Source: Raja brachyura (lineage: Eukaryota). From it: a DNA stretch of 64,000 nucleotides. Positions 12,641 to 25,345 of this stretch are shown piece after piece (position 1 is the stretch's first letter; each line of letters opens with the position of its first letter). The notes beneath the pieces were generated by a model that saw only the letters and a program-made list of their open reading frames with translations, was not told where the DNA came from and made no database searches. A program made the translations under genes and the position numbers. The stretch is from NCBI GenBank assembly GCA_963514005.1, contig OY740798.1, positions 22,072,001 through 22,136,000 of the forward strand. The letters are read 5' to 3'.

Positions 12641-13294
12641 TCCTCCTACCTCCATAATTCAAGCCATGTTGACTGATAATGTTCATAAGCATACTGATGC
12701 ATAATGAAGCAGTTCATATCAGCTTTCAAGCAGGACCCGGGGCATCATCTGGACCCAAGCTCATTATTGGCAGGTAATTCACCTATCATATAAGTAAAAA
12801 ATGACAAAACTTAAAAATTGCTGTCAGCATCTTAGCAACTTCAACAGCCTTTCATACATCTATTGTTTCCTACATGGATAGGACAGGTTTGGATGGATAT
12901 GGACCAAACATGGGCAGGTGGGACTAGTGTAGCTGGGACATGTTGGCCGGTGTGGGCAAGTTGGACTGAAGGGCCTGTTTCCACACTGTATCACTCTATG
13001 ACTCTATTATCATCAGGACCTCGTCATCCAAATTCAGCAATGGTGATCAAACTGACTGAAGATTGAACTCAAAACAGCAGAATTAACAGGTTCACATATA
13101 CATAATGGTTTGTTATTGTCATGTGTGCTGAGGTACAATGGAAAACTTTGCTTTGCATGCCATCCAGGCAAATCATACCATAGGCAAGTAATTCAAGGTA
13201 TTGCAAAGGAGAAATAGAGAATTCAGAATACAGTGTTACAACGGTTAGCATGCAACAAAAGTTTATACACTGTACCTTGGTACATTTACCTCGT

Positions 13295-13925
13295 AAATGC
13301 TAGCATTTATTTCTAGAGGGCTGATATACAAAAACAGGGATGTAATGCTGAGGCTCTATAAGGTGCTAGTAAGGCCATATTTGGAAAATTGTGAGCAATT
13401 TTGGGCACCATATCTGAGGAAGGATGTGCTGGCTCTGGAGAGGATCCAGAGGAGGTTTACAAGATCCCAAGAATGAGTAGGTTAACCTATGATGAGCATT
13501 TGTCGGCACTGGGCCTGTACTCACTGGAGTTTAGAAGAATGAGGGGGGACCTCATTGAAATATACAGAATAGAGAAAGGCTTGGATAGAGTGGATGTGGA
13601 GGGGATGTTACCACTAGTGGGAGATTCTAGGACTAGAGGTCATAGCCTCAGAATTAAAGGATGTTCTTTTAGGAAGGAGATGGGGAGAAATGTCTTTAGT
13701 CAGAGGGTGGTGAACCTGTGGAATTATTTGCATCAGAAGGCTGTGGAGGCCCTTGGTGGATATTTTTAAGGCAGAGATGATAGATTCTTGATTAGTACAG
13801 GTGTCAGAGGTTGTGGGGAGAAGACAGGAGAATGGGGTTAGCAGGGAGAGATTAATCAGCCATGATTGAACGGTGGAGTAGACTTGATGGGCTGAATGGC
13901 CTAATTCTACTCCTATCACTTATGA
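13295..13925 (+). mobile_element. CR1 LINE 3' portion
   Basis: LGLYSLEFRRMRGDLIE..FSQRVVNLWN; 3' UTR gggctgaatggcctaattct. Confidence 0.9.
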
Positions 13926-14049
13926 CCGTCTCCATTCAGCACCATTGACCAAACTAAACAAATAAATTACAGAGAAAGTGCAGTCTGAAAAAACGTGGAA
14001 GGGCCACTATGAGATGGATTGGGGGATGTTGAATTCATCCATAGCATAA

Positions 14050-16030
14050 GTACAAAGGAGGCAAAGGAGATAGAGGGCTTAGTAGCATGGTATCAAGACA
14101 ACAACCTTTCTGTCTAAGCTAGCAATACAAAGGAGCTGGTCAGTGACTTATAGAAGCAGAGTGGAGTACACACCATAGTCTGCTTCAATGGTGCTGAATG
14201 GAGCTTCAGGTCAAGAGCTTCAAGTTCCAATGCATAAATATCCAACCACATCAATAAAACAATCATCCTGAGAAGACCAAGAAATGTTGGCTTGTCTCCA
14301 AAACATCTAATGATAGAATGCTTTCGGCAGTGCATCTGTATTTCTACAGATATACCACTGAACGCATCCTATCGGGATGCATCACAGCTTGATATACCAC
14401 TGCTCTGCTCAAGACTCCAAGAAATTGCAGAGAATGATGAATGCAATGCAGTCCATCACCCTAGCCAACATCCGTCTCCATTAACTCCTGGCTGGTTTGC
14501 ATGATGGACTGGACTGCTTTCACAACTGTGCAATTTCTTGCCGTCTCGGGTAGAACGGTTAAATAGAAGGCTGCAATGCATCATTATAGGTTGCTTTCTT
14601 TGATACAAGTAGAAATTGGTAAGAGTCATTGAAGACATGCTGAATCTCCTCAGTCTTCTTGGAAGTAAAAGTGTTGGCGTGCTTTCTACCGGCAGTGTCA
14701 AGGTGGTTGGACTAGGACAAATTGTTTACAATATTTACACTTAGGAACTTAAAGCTCCCGACTATCAGAACCATTGATGCGGACTGGGATATATACTCCA
14801 CTCCGTTTCCTTGTTGATGATCAGTTCACTCACACTCCACTCCATTCCTTGTTGATGATCAGCTCTTTTGATTTGCTGACATTCAGGGAAAGGTTGTTGT
14901 CTTGACACTATTGCTTCTAAGTTCCCTATCTCCTTCATGAATGTTGGTTCGTCATTGTTTCAGATACACTGCCGGTGTGTCATTAAGAAATTTGGAAATG
15001 GAGCCCGAGCAAAATTTGACTGTACAGTCATAAGTGTATAGGGAGTACAGTTGTTAATCCTGGCCAAATTGGAGAGGCTAGGGTACTAAAATTGAGTAAA
15101 GGCTTCTGGGCTGCTTTAAGCTTTAAAAGTGCTTTCTGCAGAAATGGGACAATCTGTAGAATGGTGCCAGTTTGTCTCGAGCCTCGATCAGAGCTGCAGG
15201 AAGAGAATGGGATCATCTGCAGACCCTGACAATTAGGTGCAAAATGCATAGAATGGATGAATGCAAACCAGCCATACACATTTTAAATAACGTTGTAAAG
15301 CTTTACTTTGCTGGATGTTGATTGGATTAAGAATTGAGCCTTGTCTGTTTTTCTTGCATATCAGGGCACATGTTGCTTTCCTCTGAGAAACACTGTTTGA
15401 ATACAATGTATTAGCCACTGTATTATTTGGTTAGGCAAATGTCTGTCATGTATGGGGTCATGTATGGGGTTAACCGATATCTATAATTGGATTAAAGGGA
15501 CCACCCCCATGTGGTTCGGCCCCTCGTGGTCCGGGGACCTATAAAAGTCCGCTACCACAAGGTCCTGTGTCAATCTTCTGGGAGAGCGCTTAGGACTGCG
15601 TGACCTTCTGGAGTGTCTCTGTTTGAGCGAGGCCAAAAGGGCTTGATCAGGCAGATACGAGAATCAAACCCGTGGTGGTTAGGTACAGTAGTTGGAACTG
15701 TAATTGTGTTTTGTCAAAATAAAGTTTAGATGCGCAAGTGCTCGATTCCGTGATTTCTGACTGAAACTAGACTGGGGGAAGCTTAGAACGGGCTATTTAC
15801 ACAGTAATGGGCGGAATACGCAGCTTTACTGGATACTGCTGCTGAGAATTATCATGGAAGTGTTGTTGTTATTTATATTTATTGATTGCTGTCTATGGGT
15901 CAGACAGTCGAGGAACCAGTTCAAAGGATGTTGCTGAGTACTAGGTCCAGGAGTTTGGAGATGATATTGGTTGAAATGATGGTGTTGAAGGCAGAGCTAT
16001 AATCAGTAAATAGGAGTCTGATGTAGGTGA
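14050..16030. mobile_element. Rex1/Babar-like non-LTR fragments (+ strand ~14050-14460, - strand ~14460-16030), interrupted by a solo LTR
   Basis: aaggagctggtcagtgac / agtgttggcgtgctttct / atgatggtgttgaaggcagagct (reverse strand SSAFNTII, an RT motif). Confidence 0.65.
15052..15801 (+). mobile_element. Solo LTR (ERV or Gypsy-type), 750 bp
   Basis: TGTTAAT...ATTTACA termini; CAGT TSD at 15048-15051 and 15802-15805; TATAAAA 15540-15546; AATAAA 15718-15723; host element resumes on both sides. Confidence 0.85.
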
Positions 16031-16234
16031 CCTCAACATTAATGGCTCAACTTTTGAATGTTTAAAACCTAATTCCTGTCAGGAGTTTGATGTCATATTA
16101 AAACATTCACAAGGATAAGGGGTAAACATTGCGTTGAAAGAGCTCAATCTCATTCAGGAATGAGCTCTTCAATAAATCACTGCACTCCTAAAGACCTCTG
16201 TACTTCTGAAGATATTTGTGTCTCTCCATCACTG

Positions 16235-16660
16235 GTGAAGCCGGGTAGCGCCACCAACAGTGGCTGCCTTGCCAACAGTCTGTCTGTCCTTCTTTTAGTT
16301 ATTTTTAGTATGTGTTAAAAAAGTATGTTTTAGTGTTCCTTGTTTAAGAAGGAACTGCAGATGCTGAAAAAAATCGAAGGTTCAACCACCCCGACGGGGG
16401 CTTCGATCGTCGCTGCGGAGGCTTTGATCGCCTCGACTGTGGATGATTTGACTGCCCCGACCGCGGGAGAACAAAGAGGAAGAAGATTGAACTTTATTGC
16501 CTTCCATCACGTTGAGGAATTCACTCTGATGGATGTTTATATTAACGCTTATGTGACTGTGTGTCCTGTTTATTTTCACTTAGTATGGCTGTATAGTAAC
16601 TCAAATTTCACAGTACCTTGATTGGTACATGTGGCAATAAACTGACCTTGAAACCTTGTA
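16235..16660 (+). mobile_element. Non-coding CpG-rich retroposon with Rex1-like 3' tail (internally deleted copy)
   Basis: Colinear homology with 55420-56160; hairpin gtacc..ggtac then AATAAA at 16636. Confidence 0.7.
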
Positions 16661-17914
16661 GTTGCAATGTGTGTAATGAACAACTTGTTCTGGAGCAACT
16701 TATCAGGAATACATAAATATCATGTTCCTCTTCTGCGATCCCTCCCCAAAGCAGCTCTGTGGAAGTAAAAATACCTCCATATTGCAAGTAACCCTGGCTG
16801 ATATACAGTACATTTATATACACTGTTTCTTCACCTACATTGGTTCAGAATCCTTTAATTTCCCACACAAGAATCTTTGGAGAAGAATAATTCCACAAAG
16901 ACTAAAGTTATTGCAAAAAATGGTTCAGTACAATGATTCCAGAGGTGAGCAATTTCAAGAATAAAGTTAGGTTGGAGATTATATTTTTGCTCTCCTTAGA
17001 GCAAAAAGGATTGAGGGAAGATTTGAAAGGTGTGCACAGCTCAATGCTGATTTAAGTAATGTAAAGAACCAGTTGGCACAGATTTATACTGCTGTGTAAA
17101 ATATACATGAAATGCGAGGGAAAAAAAATGTGGAAAGTAGCTACGAGCTGTCTCTAGGGATAGAAAAAATAAACTTGATCATTGGCTTGAAAAGGGACTT
17201 GGATGGGCACATGAGTGAAAAAAAATGCAAATCCGCAGGAAAGGAGGAGGGGTGCAGGACTGATGACATCATACTGCTAGGAGTTGGCATTAGACTTGAT
17301 GGGCTGAAAGTGTCGCAACAATTCAATAATTCTCTGCAAGAACACGTCTCGTCATCACCTTCTCCAAGAAATGTGGGAATGTCAGTAAATCTGGTGGTGC
17401 CTTTATTGATCACTTTCCAAGACTTCTAATACAATACATAAGAAAAACAGTACATTGACAGGAATAAACAAAAGCTATATTTGTACAGGAGCTTATCATA
17501 TTGAAATAACTTTACAGGCTTCTTGCAGTGAATTGCTGTTGAGTGGCCTATTGGCCTCTGCTCAGCGCTTACGTGGCACCACAGGGCAAAGTTACCCAAA
17601 GGAGATTCATGTTCCTTCACCCTTGACACACCATGTTAATACCAATACCCATTCCTTCTCTCCCGCTGAGTTACTCCAGCATTTTGTGTCTACCTTCGAT
17701 TTAAACCAGCATCTGCAGTTCTTTTCTACACAAGCTAATACCAATGTTACGCTGCACAATAGTGTATGTTTTTTGGCTCACAGTTTTTATTCATCCAAAC
17801 TAGAAACTTCAGATAAATTCTAGTTTCAGATTCCTAGCTACTTTCCATGCAGTACATAAATTACAAAAACACTGTGCTTAATTTACATCCAGTAAAATGC
17901 AATGCTACCAGTTA

Positions 17915-18595
17915 ACACAACAACAGGATTATGAACTTTGCAAATAGAAATATAAACAAGAAGAGCAATGAAGTCATGATAAACCTCAATAAAACACGCT
18001 TGCCCAAAGTGGAATACTGTGTTTGGTTCTACACACAACTCTTCAGGAAAGATATGAAGGCTTTCGGAGGGTAAAGAAGAGATTTATAACATTACCAGAG
18101 ATGAGGGATTTTAGTTACACAGCTAGACAGGCAGGGAGTTGTGCTCCTTGGAACTAAGGAAATTCAAAGGATGAAAAAAATATATAAAATTGGACTGAAT
18201 AAGTTAGAGAGAAAATGTTCCCAATGGGAGGACACTGAAGAACCAGAAAACAGTGAAAATAATTAACAAAGGTGCAGAAGAAAAAACTTCTTAAACAGCA
18301 AATGGCTAAGATCTGGACTGCATTATCAGGGTGGCTGTGGAGGCAGATCCAAATATTATTGGAAAGGAATCTGGATATGAAAACACTGCATAATTGTGGA
18401 GTGAGAGCAGGTAAGTGCAACAAGCTATATTGGCCTTGCAATAGACCAACATGATCTTAAATATACAAATGACCTCCTCATAGTGCAACATTTACATGAT
18501 CTTAGACCTGCAACTAGTTATATTGACCTTGCAATGGACAAAGATGATCTTAATGGTACAAATGGCCCCCTCATATTGCTACCTTTATGTGATTC
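17915..18595 (+). mobile_element. Old CR1 3' fragment with tandemly duplicated tail
   Basis: ggaatactgtgtttggttct..; ~90-bp unit at 18417-18500 repeated at 18509-18595. Confidence 0.65.
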
Positions 18596-19559
18596 TGAAT
18601 TGATCTTTATAGAGCATCAGGCCAATAAGTACCTACTATTTTGTGGGCACGCTCAGGTATTTCAACTATTTTGAATGTTATCTGCTTTTTACTAAGGAGC
18701 GTGTTGGTGATTTGTATTGTGTATTGTCTGAAGTGCAGCACAAGATGAGATAAATACAGTGGAAGTATAGACACCATGTTCAACCATCTGCTACTAACCA
18801 GTTTTCTCTAATGATAATAATGCTACTTAAGGGAAAAAAGCATTCTCTCAATTAAAATTTATGGAGCAGAACAATAACAACAACATTTAGTCTCTTCAGG
18901 GATAGATCCTAAAGCTCAGAAAATGAGCAATGATAACACCGTTCACTCTTCTCAATTTAGTTCATAACATTTCCCCTGGAAAGAAAACTTATTCTTTAAT
19001 TTTATGCCAATACAAAAGACAAATAGATCGCTGTCTGGAGTGCATTTGTGGTGGGTTGAAATAGTCCATCATGTCACTGTATTTCATTTCATGCATCTGT
19101 TCCCACATTCTCAAATTAAATTTGCCACATAGCAGCAAAATCATGCAGCCCTAGATTTGGCAGTTATGTGGATTGATGTAGCATTCATGTCTGCCAGATG
19201 TCGGTGAAATAGATCTGAAGGGTTCCCTAAGCCCACGACATCTGTCCAAGACCCCTATGTATTTAGGAAGCTTTGACAGTAGGATAGGAATGTCACTCTT
19301 TGAAATTAACAGGCATAGTTTGAGCACAGTATTAGGCATGATTCCACAGTACTTAAACAAAACTATGGGGAGCAGATATATTCTTATGTCACACTACTGA
19401 GGTAAGATCACCAATGTGCTTTTTAATGACAGTACACAACTGTGCAGCGTATGAGTCAAACATCATTATTTCATTTTCTAGCCACATGACACATATGTTT
19501 ATTAATCATGCATACCGCCACTTTGTTGTCAACAGAAAGCACTGGTTATATAAATATCA

Positions 19560-19835
19560 TAAGAACATAAGTGAAAGGAGTAGAATTAGGCCATTCGGCC
19601 CATCAAGTCTACTCCACCATTCAATCATGGCTGATCTATCTCTCCCTCCTAACCCCATTCTTCTGCTTTCTCCCCATAATCTCGAACACCTGTACTAATC
19701 AAGAATCTATCTATCTCTGCCTTAAATATATCCAGTTACTGTACTTTGCCTCCACAGCCTTCTGTGGCAAAGAATGCCACAGATTCACCACCCTACCCCG
19801 GATTCACCACAGATTCTCTCACAGATTCCACAAGA
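19560..19835 (-). mobile_element. CR1 3' end with scrambled 5' junction
   Basis: aggagtagaattaggccattcggccc tail; repeated cacagattc motif at the junction. Confidence 0.85.
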
Positions 19836-21779
19836 TAGATAGGTAGAGGTGGGGGGGGGGGGTTAAATAATAATCTCTGAAAGAAAGAAATGGTAGTTGA
19901 GAACTTAAACCTACATAGTCCATTTGTCGTATTATGTTGTTTATTGTTGGGATGGTCTCTACATTCTAAAAGCACAGTTATTCGTGTTCACATGGTCACT
20001 GGCCTACTGGAAACAACTATTAGACAAAACTGAAGATAATAAAGAACAAGTTGTACAAGCGGTATGGAGAGAAGGCAGGTACGGGATACTGAGTTGGATG
20101 ATCAGCCATGATCACATTGAATGGCGGTGCAGGCTCGAAGAGCCGAATGGCCTACTCCTGCACCTATTTTTCTAAGTTCAGTCATTTGCTACTTAACAAC
20201 CATGTTTTCTTCCTTCAGCTAATTACAGTGCAAATAATTTGAATAGCTGCTCGGCATGGAGGCTAGGAATTTTCACATAAAGGAGGGAATGCAGTATTAT
20301 CTTTACGCCTTTGCAAGTTTGCAATGTTTGCAAGCTGTATCTGCGCTGTAAAATAAAAGGGAACACTATGTTAAATGTTTTGAAACCTTCTAAACAGTGA
20401 TAAGGCCATAAATACATTTCTCCCTACTTCCTAACAAAAATAGTTACTATACCACTGCCCTTCAGCATCCAAAAGATAGTTTAAGAATAAAATGCTTGGC
20501 AACCCCAAACTCTCAGGTTTGGCATTGCTCAGGATTGTTTGGGGATGGTGACAGAAACAGAAATAAAAAAGGAAAGCTGACAGAAAAAAAACATTACCAA
20601 TGGAAACCATCTTCACATATTGGACAGTGAGGAAACACCTCTCTAAGCAAGGACATGTGGCATTCAGTTTTTTTGGTTCAGTCACTCAGTTGGGTGTTTT
20701 CCACACACCATAGCTTGCTGTCAAAATCATTTAAGCACACAATGTTACAGGGTTGGTATACTTATTAATTTTGGCTATTGCACAGAAATTACTGAAATCA
20801 GCCAAAATCTGTATAAGACAAATGTCACTTATTAAATAATCCATATCGCAATGCAAAAAAATAAGGACAGCTTTAGTTATGTATCAACTATTAAATATTT
20901 TCAGTTCTTACAAATAGCAATGGTTCTTGGCATCAGATTCTGAAGTTTGAACTATATTTGTCCTGTAATTTTTCTAACCTAATTTCTTTGGTGCAAATAG
21001 GAGGTCCTGGATCTGAAGAGTATTATTCAACGGACGAGATTTGCATTACTTGTCACTCTCCTGCCTTCAGATGATTTGTTACAGTTTTGGAAGTGCAGAT
21101 AATGGGGAAAAAAAAAATCAGATTATAGCACACATCTCGTTGACAAATATCGAGAAGAAAACAAAACACCTGGGTAGAATGATTTCACCAAATAAATTAG
21201 TATCCACGATATTCAATGAAATTACTAATGGATGTCCTCAAAGACTCCTTAAAAAAAGTTACATCCCCACCAATTCCTTGAAATCCTTGACACAAGATAA
21301 CTTAAATTGGAGAATAAACATTCAGGATGGTAACCTCAAGAATATGCATTGGGATCACACAGAAGCCCATGTGAACAGCAAAACAAATACAATATCTTAC
21401 TAGGACCCACCTACCCAATACCTCCTGGACTGTCTATGCAAGAGTCTGCAATTCTCACATTGATCTCATCAGTCACCTCAGAATTTACAGAATCAGACTG
21501 GAAAAGAGTCATCCTTGGGCATCCAACAAAGAGGGCGAAACGGAATTTATTTGCAGATCTTTTCATTTTACTCTCAAAATATCCATAGTTATAAACGATT
21601 CCATGAATCTTCTGCTTCAATCAATAGAAAATTGTATTTTAAAATGTGGAGCCCTTCTATTAATTAGCTAATTAAAACGTGAATTACAATGAAGTAATCA
21701 GAAAATCAATTTTCATTGGAAGGAAAAAAAACTAATTTAAATGAAAATGGTGGAGGGCCCACTTCATTACCAAGCGAAA

Positions 21780-22775
21780 CCTCCAAGGGAAGTCAGACTT
21801 GGTGGATGAAATTTACCATTGTCTTCAATGCATCAGCATAACCTTATTGAAGGTCAATAATGCCATATCCAGGACATCACTGCAGGCATTACTCAGGATG
21901 CTGTGCCAGCCCCGGCTATTTTCAGTTGCTTCATCAATGACTGCTGTTCCTTCTTAACATCAAAATTACAATGTTCATTGATAGTGACACAATGATCAAT
22001 TCCATTCACAATTCCACAGCAGATGAATTAGTGCATGTCTATATGCAGCAAGACCTGAACAACACTTAAGCATAAGTTGATAATAAGAAATTTCTGTGCC
22101 ATAAAAATCAAGATAATGATTGGACCTGGTACGGTGACCAGAGGAACGAGAGCACTGTTGTCCTGGGGTTGGATGATTGACATCAAACAAGGCTGATAAT
22201 AAGAAATATTGATGTAATTAATGTGTCAGACAATGACCGGCTCTGATGAGAAGCTGACCATCCACTCTCAAAGTTTAGTGACATTACCACTGCTGTTTCC
22301 CATACAAGCAGCATCCTCAATGTTGCCATTGATCAGAGACTCAGACCAGCTAATAAAGATGGTGGCTACAAGAATAGTTTAGAGGCTAGGTATCCTGTAG
22401 TATGTGAGTTACCCGAGACATGCACACGTCTTTCCACCATATACAATACACGTCAGGGGTGTTAAATCACTTGCCTGCCTAAGTGAAGCTTCTAAACTTT
22501 TCAAGATGTTCTACATCATCCCAATCAAAACGTAATGTGTATTCCACTTGCCAATAGTGCAGTGTCTGCAGACGGCTCCTTCCGCTAAAATATACTGCAG
22601 TTAGTTGTCTGGGCCATTCTGACAGCACCCCTTCAAATCAACATCCTCAACCATCAAAAGGTCAAACTCTTCAGGCAGATGCGAACACTGCCACCTGCAG
22701 GTTCAATTCAAGTTACACACTATTCTGACATGGAAATATATCATAATTCCTTCATATCTGCTGGGTTCAAATAAC
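21780..22775 (+). mobile_element. Ancient CR1-clade LINE RT/3' fragment
   Basis: Degenerate ttttcagttgcttcatcaatgac (F..FIND), atgcagcaagacctg and 3' region motifs. Confidence 0.6.
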
Positions 22776-22789
22776 AACAAAAGAACACA

Positions 22790-24600
22790 AGGAATAGGAA
22801 ATAGGAAATGCCAAATGCTTCAGCAAGCCTGCTCTGCAAATGAACATCAGGATTGCCCCAATCTTCAGTGTCCTCACACCTTGTTGTTTTAATATCAATC
22901 TCTTACTTGAATACATTCAATGCTTTTTCCTGCACATTTCCATAGGGTATAGAATTCCAAAGATTCATGACCTACTAAACTAAAAATTTCTGCAACATCC
23001 TTAAATGGGCCATCCCATATTTTGAAAATATGCTCCATAGTTCTTGATAATCTCACAAGGGGCGACATTTTCTCAGCATTCATCCTATCAATTTTGCTCA
23101 GAATCTCATCGTTCCTACATAGAACATAGAGTATTGCACAGGAACAGGCCTTTCAGCCCATAATGTCTGTGCCAAACATGAATCCAAATTCTGCCTGCAC
23201 ATAATCCATATCCCTCCATTCCCTATATATTCATACACCTATCTAAAAGCTTAAATATCACTATGTTATCTGCTACTACCACCTTTCTTGGCAGTGAATT
23301 CTAGGCACGTTCACTCTTTGTGTAACATGCCCCACATATCTCCTTTAAATGCTACTCCCTCTCACTTAAAGTTAATATTTATAATTTCCACCCTGGGAAA
23401 ATGATTCTGATTGTCTACCCTTTTTATGCATTTCAATTTTGTAAACTAATCCACCTATGCTTCAGCCTCCTCCGCTCTAGATAAAACAATACAGGCTTGT
23501 CCAAACTCTCCTTACAGCCAAATCAGGCAGCATTTTGGTAACCCTCTTCTGCGCCTTCTCCAAAGCCTCCACCTTCCTATAATGGGGCAAGAAGAACTGC
23601 ACACAATACTTCAAATGTGGCCTAATCAGTTTTATGAAGCTACAGCATTTCTTCTTGTCCCTAAAACTCAATGTCCTGACAATTGAATGCAACCATACCA
23701 TATGTCTTCTTTACTATTCTGTCCACTGTGTCCATATTTTCAGGGAGCTATGTACTTGACCCACCAAGATCCCTTAGTACATCAGTACTGTTAAAGGTCC
23801 TGCCATTTAACGGTATACTTTCCCCATGCATTTGACCTCCAAAAGTGCAATAAGGTAAATTGGAAGTTTGGCATATGAGAATTCCATTCAAGAGTTTGAT
23901 AACAGCAGGAAAGAAACTGTTCTTGAATCTGGCGGTATGTGCTTTCTAGCTTTTGTACCTTCTGCCCAATAGGAGAGGAGACGATAGAAGAGAGAATGAC
24001 TGGGGTATGAGTGCTCCTTGATTATGTTGGCATCATGAATTGTAGATGGAGTTGATGGGTGGGGGGGGGGGGGGGGGGCAGGGAGGAGGCTGGTTTGAAA
24101 TAATTGAGGTCCCATGATTGATCTTTGCATAACAGCACAGGTCACAGATATCCAGACACTATCTCCAGCCACTCTCCTCCATTTTCTGTAGGTAAGCCAG
24201 TTGACCCATTCTACCAAATCACCATGGATGCCATGCATCTTAATCTTCTGGATCAGCCTACCAAGAGCAACCTTGTCCAATGCCTCACTTACCAACATTC
24301 ATCGATCACCTTTATTACCTCCTCAAGTAACCCATCCCTTTTGTAGAGATCCCATTTGCCCTAGAAGAGAGACCAATGGTCCATATATCTGAAGCTTTCC
24401 CCCCTACACCAGCTCTTTCTACCTCTTGATTCACTAGTTCACGGAGTGGGTAGTAATACTGAAATTACAACCTGGGAAGTCCTACTATCTAACTACTCAA
24501 ATTCTCTTTGCAAGACCTCATCTCCCTTTCTACCTCTTGTCATTGGCACCAATATGGATCACGACCTCCGGCTGCTCACCCTCCCCTCTTGGCACCAGGG
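22790..24600 (-). mobile_element. Cluster of CR1 fragments (3' ends, RT, ORF1 esterase remnant) with a Rex1-like 3' piece at ~23890-24060
   Basis: KLIRPHLKYCVQF; ALDKVALGRLIQKIKMHGI; reverse strand GEGEQPEVVIHIGAND at ~24540-24590. Confidence 0.75.
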
Positions 24601-24834
24601 CGGCAACATACGATCCTGGAATCTCATTTGCAATTATAGAAACGCCTGTCCATTCCCCACACTGTAGTTCTCATAAACTCCAGCCAGTTGGTCCACACAG
24701 GTTTTATGAACGCGGCCTGGAACATCATTGGGGCCAGTTGCTTTCTGAGGTTTACCCTCATGTAGGATCTTCTGACATTAACCTCGGTGACCGAGATTAC
24801 AATGTTATCGGAGGGCTGTGGTAACCCAAGTAGG

Positions 24835-25345
24835 TACACAGGTGTTGTCCCTTTCGAAGCGAGCATAGAATGTTCTGAGCTCGTCCGGGTATGACGCCCT
24901 GTTGTCACTTGAGCTACTATTTGGTTTTGCTTTGTATGCAGTGATGGCATGCAAGCCCTGCCATAGCTGCCAAATGTCCATCTCATCGTCTAGGTTGGAC
25001 CAAAAATGTCTTTCACTTGGCCTTGTCAAGGTCATACCTAGACTTCCTAGAAAGCCTGCATTTGCCAGATTAGAATTCCCATGATCTGGTCCTTAATGGA
25101 TTGTCGGACTCCTGGTTCATCCAAAGCTTTTGGTTATGGAACATTTGAATGGTCTTGGTGGGAACACACTCCTCCAAAAATGTCTTGATGAAGTCAGTCA
25201 TAACTGTAGCATATTCATTCAGGTCTGTCGCTGAGTCTTTGAATATTTCCCAGATTACCAACGTCAAGCAGTTGCAGAGTTGTACATCTGCCTCCCCTGA
25301 CCAGCTCTGTGCAATCCTTGGCATTGGAGCTATACTCTTCAATCA
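24835..25345 (-). mobile_element. Rex1/Babar-like non-LTR retrotransposon fragment
   Basis: WEIFKDSATDLNEYATVMTDFIK..CVPTKTI..NQKLWMN; LWQGLHAITAYK..PDELRTFYARFE. Confidence 0.8.
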
